Below are positions 63,360 through 64,000 of a stretch of 64,000 nucleotides of DNA, one piece after another. Every line of letters begins with the position of its first letter. Within the stretch, counting starts at the first letter, position 1. The notes under the pieces were generated by a model that searched no databases, was not told the DNA's origin, and was given only the letters and a program-made list of their open reading frames with translations. This DNA is from an uncultured Desulfobacterales bacterium (lineage in GTDB: Bacteria; Desulfobacterota; Desulfobacteria; Desulfobacterales; C00003060). Where the stretch lies: assembly GCA_964430705.1 (NCBI GenBank), contig CAYSGJ010000186.1, positions 892-64,891 of the forward strand. Reading direction: 5' to 3'. The position numbers and the translations under genes are program-made.

Positions 63360-64000
63360 TTGAAGTACGAAGAGGCAGTACAAAGCATCTGGCGACACTC
63401 GGAAACCGCACTGTCCGATGATGCGGCGCTGCTGAAAGAAATCGTCCGTTATGCCACGCTGGCTCCGTCCGGGCACAACACACAATGCTGGCGGTTTCGG
63501 CTCGATAGGCGCTCCATTGCGATCCTGCCGGATTTGTCTCGGCGTACCCCGGTAGTCGACCCAGACGACCATCATCTCTATGTCTCGTTAGGATGTGCTG
63601 CCGAGAACCTCATCCTGGCGGCAAAGGCATTCGGCTTCATGGGCAATCCGGAATTCAGTCCCTCTAACGGTGGATTAATAACAATTGGGCTGGAACGATC
63701 GAAGGCGGAAGGATCGCCTCTGTTCAAAGCAATTCCCCATCGCCAATGCACACGAACCGACTTTGATGGTAAACGGCTGGCTCCGGAAGAGCTGCGACAG
63801 CTCGAAGCAGCGGGAGCCGGGAATGGCGTTGCGGTCATCCTGTTGACCGAACGCGAAGCCATGGAAAAGGTTCTTGAATATGTGGTTCAGGGCAACACGA
63901 TGCAGATCAACAACCCGGCTTTTGTGAGTGAGCTGGAGAGTTGGATTCGCTTTAGTGATGGCGAAGCGATCCGAACCGGTGATGGGTTGACCGCTAGATC
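63360..64000 (+). CDS. Cassette 4: nitroreductase-family FMN oxidoreductase (partial, runs off the right edge)
   Basis: Not in the ORF track because no stop lies in the window. My translation from the TTG at 63360 (GGGAGG RBS 9 nt upstream) reads KYEEAVQSIWRHSETALSDDAALLKEIVRYATLAPSGHNTQCWRFRL...PDDHHLYVSLGCAAENLILAA. Confidence 0.75.
   Translation, partial: MKYEEAVQSIWRHSETALSDDAALLKEIVRYATLAPSGHNTQCWRFRLDRRSIAILPDLSRRTPVVDPDDHHLYVSLGCAAENLILAAKAFGFMGNPEFSPSNGGLITIGLERSKAEGSPLFKAIPHRQCTRTDFDGKRLAPEELRQLEAAGAGNGVAVILLTEREAMEKVLEYVVQGNTMQINNPAFVSELESWIRFSDGEAIRTGDGLTAR

Larger units (their letters stand above)
60622..64000. mobile_element. Integron: truncated intI, attI-like region and at least 4 gene cassettes (array continues past the right edge)
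   Basis: intI lies on the minus strand and the cassettes on the plus strand. Cassette boundaries fall at GTTRRRY-like sites that are complementary to the R'' of each cassette's own attC. Confidence 0.75.

Noticed and set aside
1-64000. Search for CRISPR arrays, rRNA genes, transposases/IS ends and prophage genes
   Set aside because: I saw no regularly spaced direct repeats with unique spacers, no rRNA-like conserved blocks, and no transposase or phage structural ORFs. The only mobile-type element seen is the integron.

Overview
The window looks like a chromosomal segment from a Desulfobacterota-type (deltaproteobacterial) anaerobe. That guess rests only on gene content and is low confidence. 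All coordinates come from manual reading and may be off by a few nt.

- **1-5.3 kb, phosphate module.** It holds pstC (partial), pstS, and a long PiT transporter with a DUF47 partner. Both units are preceded by TGTnACA direct repeats spaced 11 bp apart, which resemble Pho boxes.
- **5.4-31 kb, mostly housekeeping.** Genes include a Nudix hydrolase, a TrmH-type methyltransferase, ndk, purD, purE, tsaC-like, nth, a secreted S8 peptidase, tatD, mutS2, a REC-GGDEF protein, two tRNA-Ser genes and polA. A TRAP transporter with a PaaK-like ligase also sits here. There are several small Cys-rich ORFs and some structured intergenic regions.
- **31-60.6 kb, dense nitrogen-assimilation island.**
  - A GAF-ANTAR regulator lies upstream of a terminator-containing leader and a stand-alone GltB-type FMN gene.
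  - A sigma-54 operon runs: two small paralogs, NuoE-like, NuoF-like, Fe-S subunit, then a second GltB-type FMN gene.
  - A Cache histidine kinase/NtrC-type pair and a degenerate KaiC-like/XRE/cupin regulator follow.
  - Also present are a 1273-aa GlnE with two N-terminal ACT-like domains, two divergent glutamine synthetases and nadE.
  - The last unit is a split, archaeal-type glutamate synthase operon.
  - Three nearly identical sigma-54 promoters (TGGCATA-N3-CTTGC) precede three of these units.
- **60.6-64 kb, integron.** It has a 3'-truncated integron-integrase gene, an attI-like region and at least four cassettes. The cassettes are bounded by attC-like sites whose R''/R' sequences match cassette by cassette.

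No rRNA genes, CRISPR arrays or transposases were seen.

The two leads I rate highest are the NuoEF-coupled GltB-like operon and the degraded integron.
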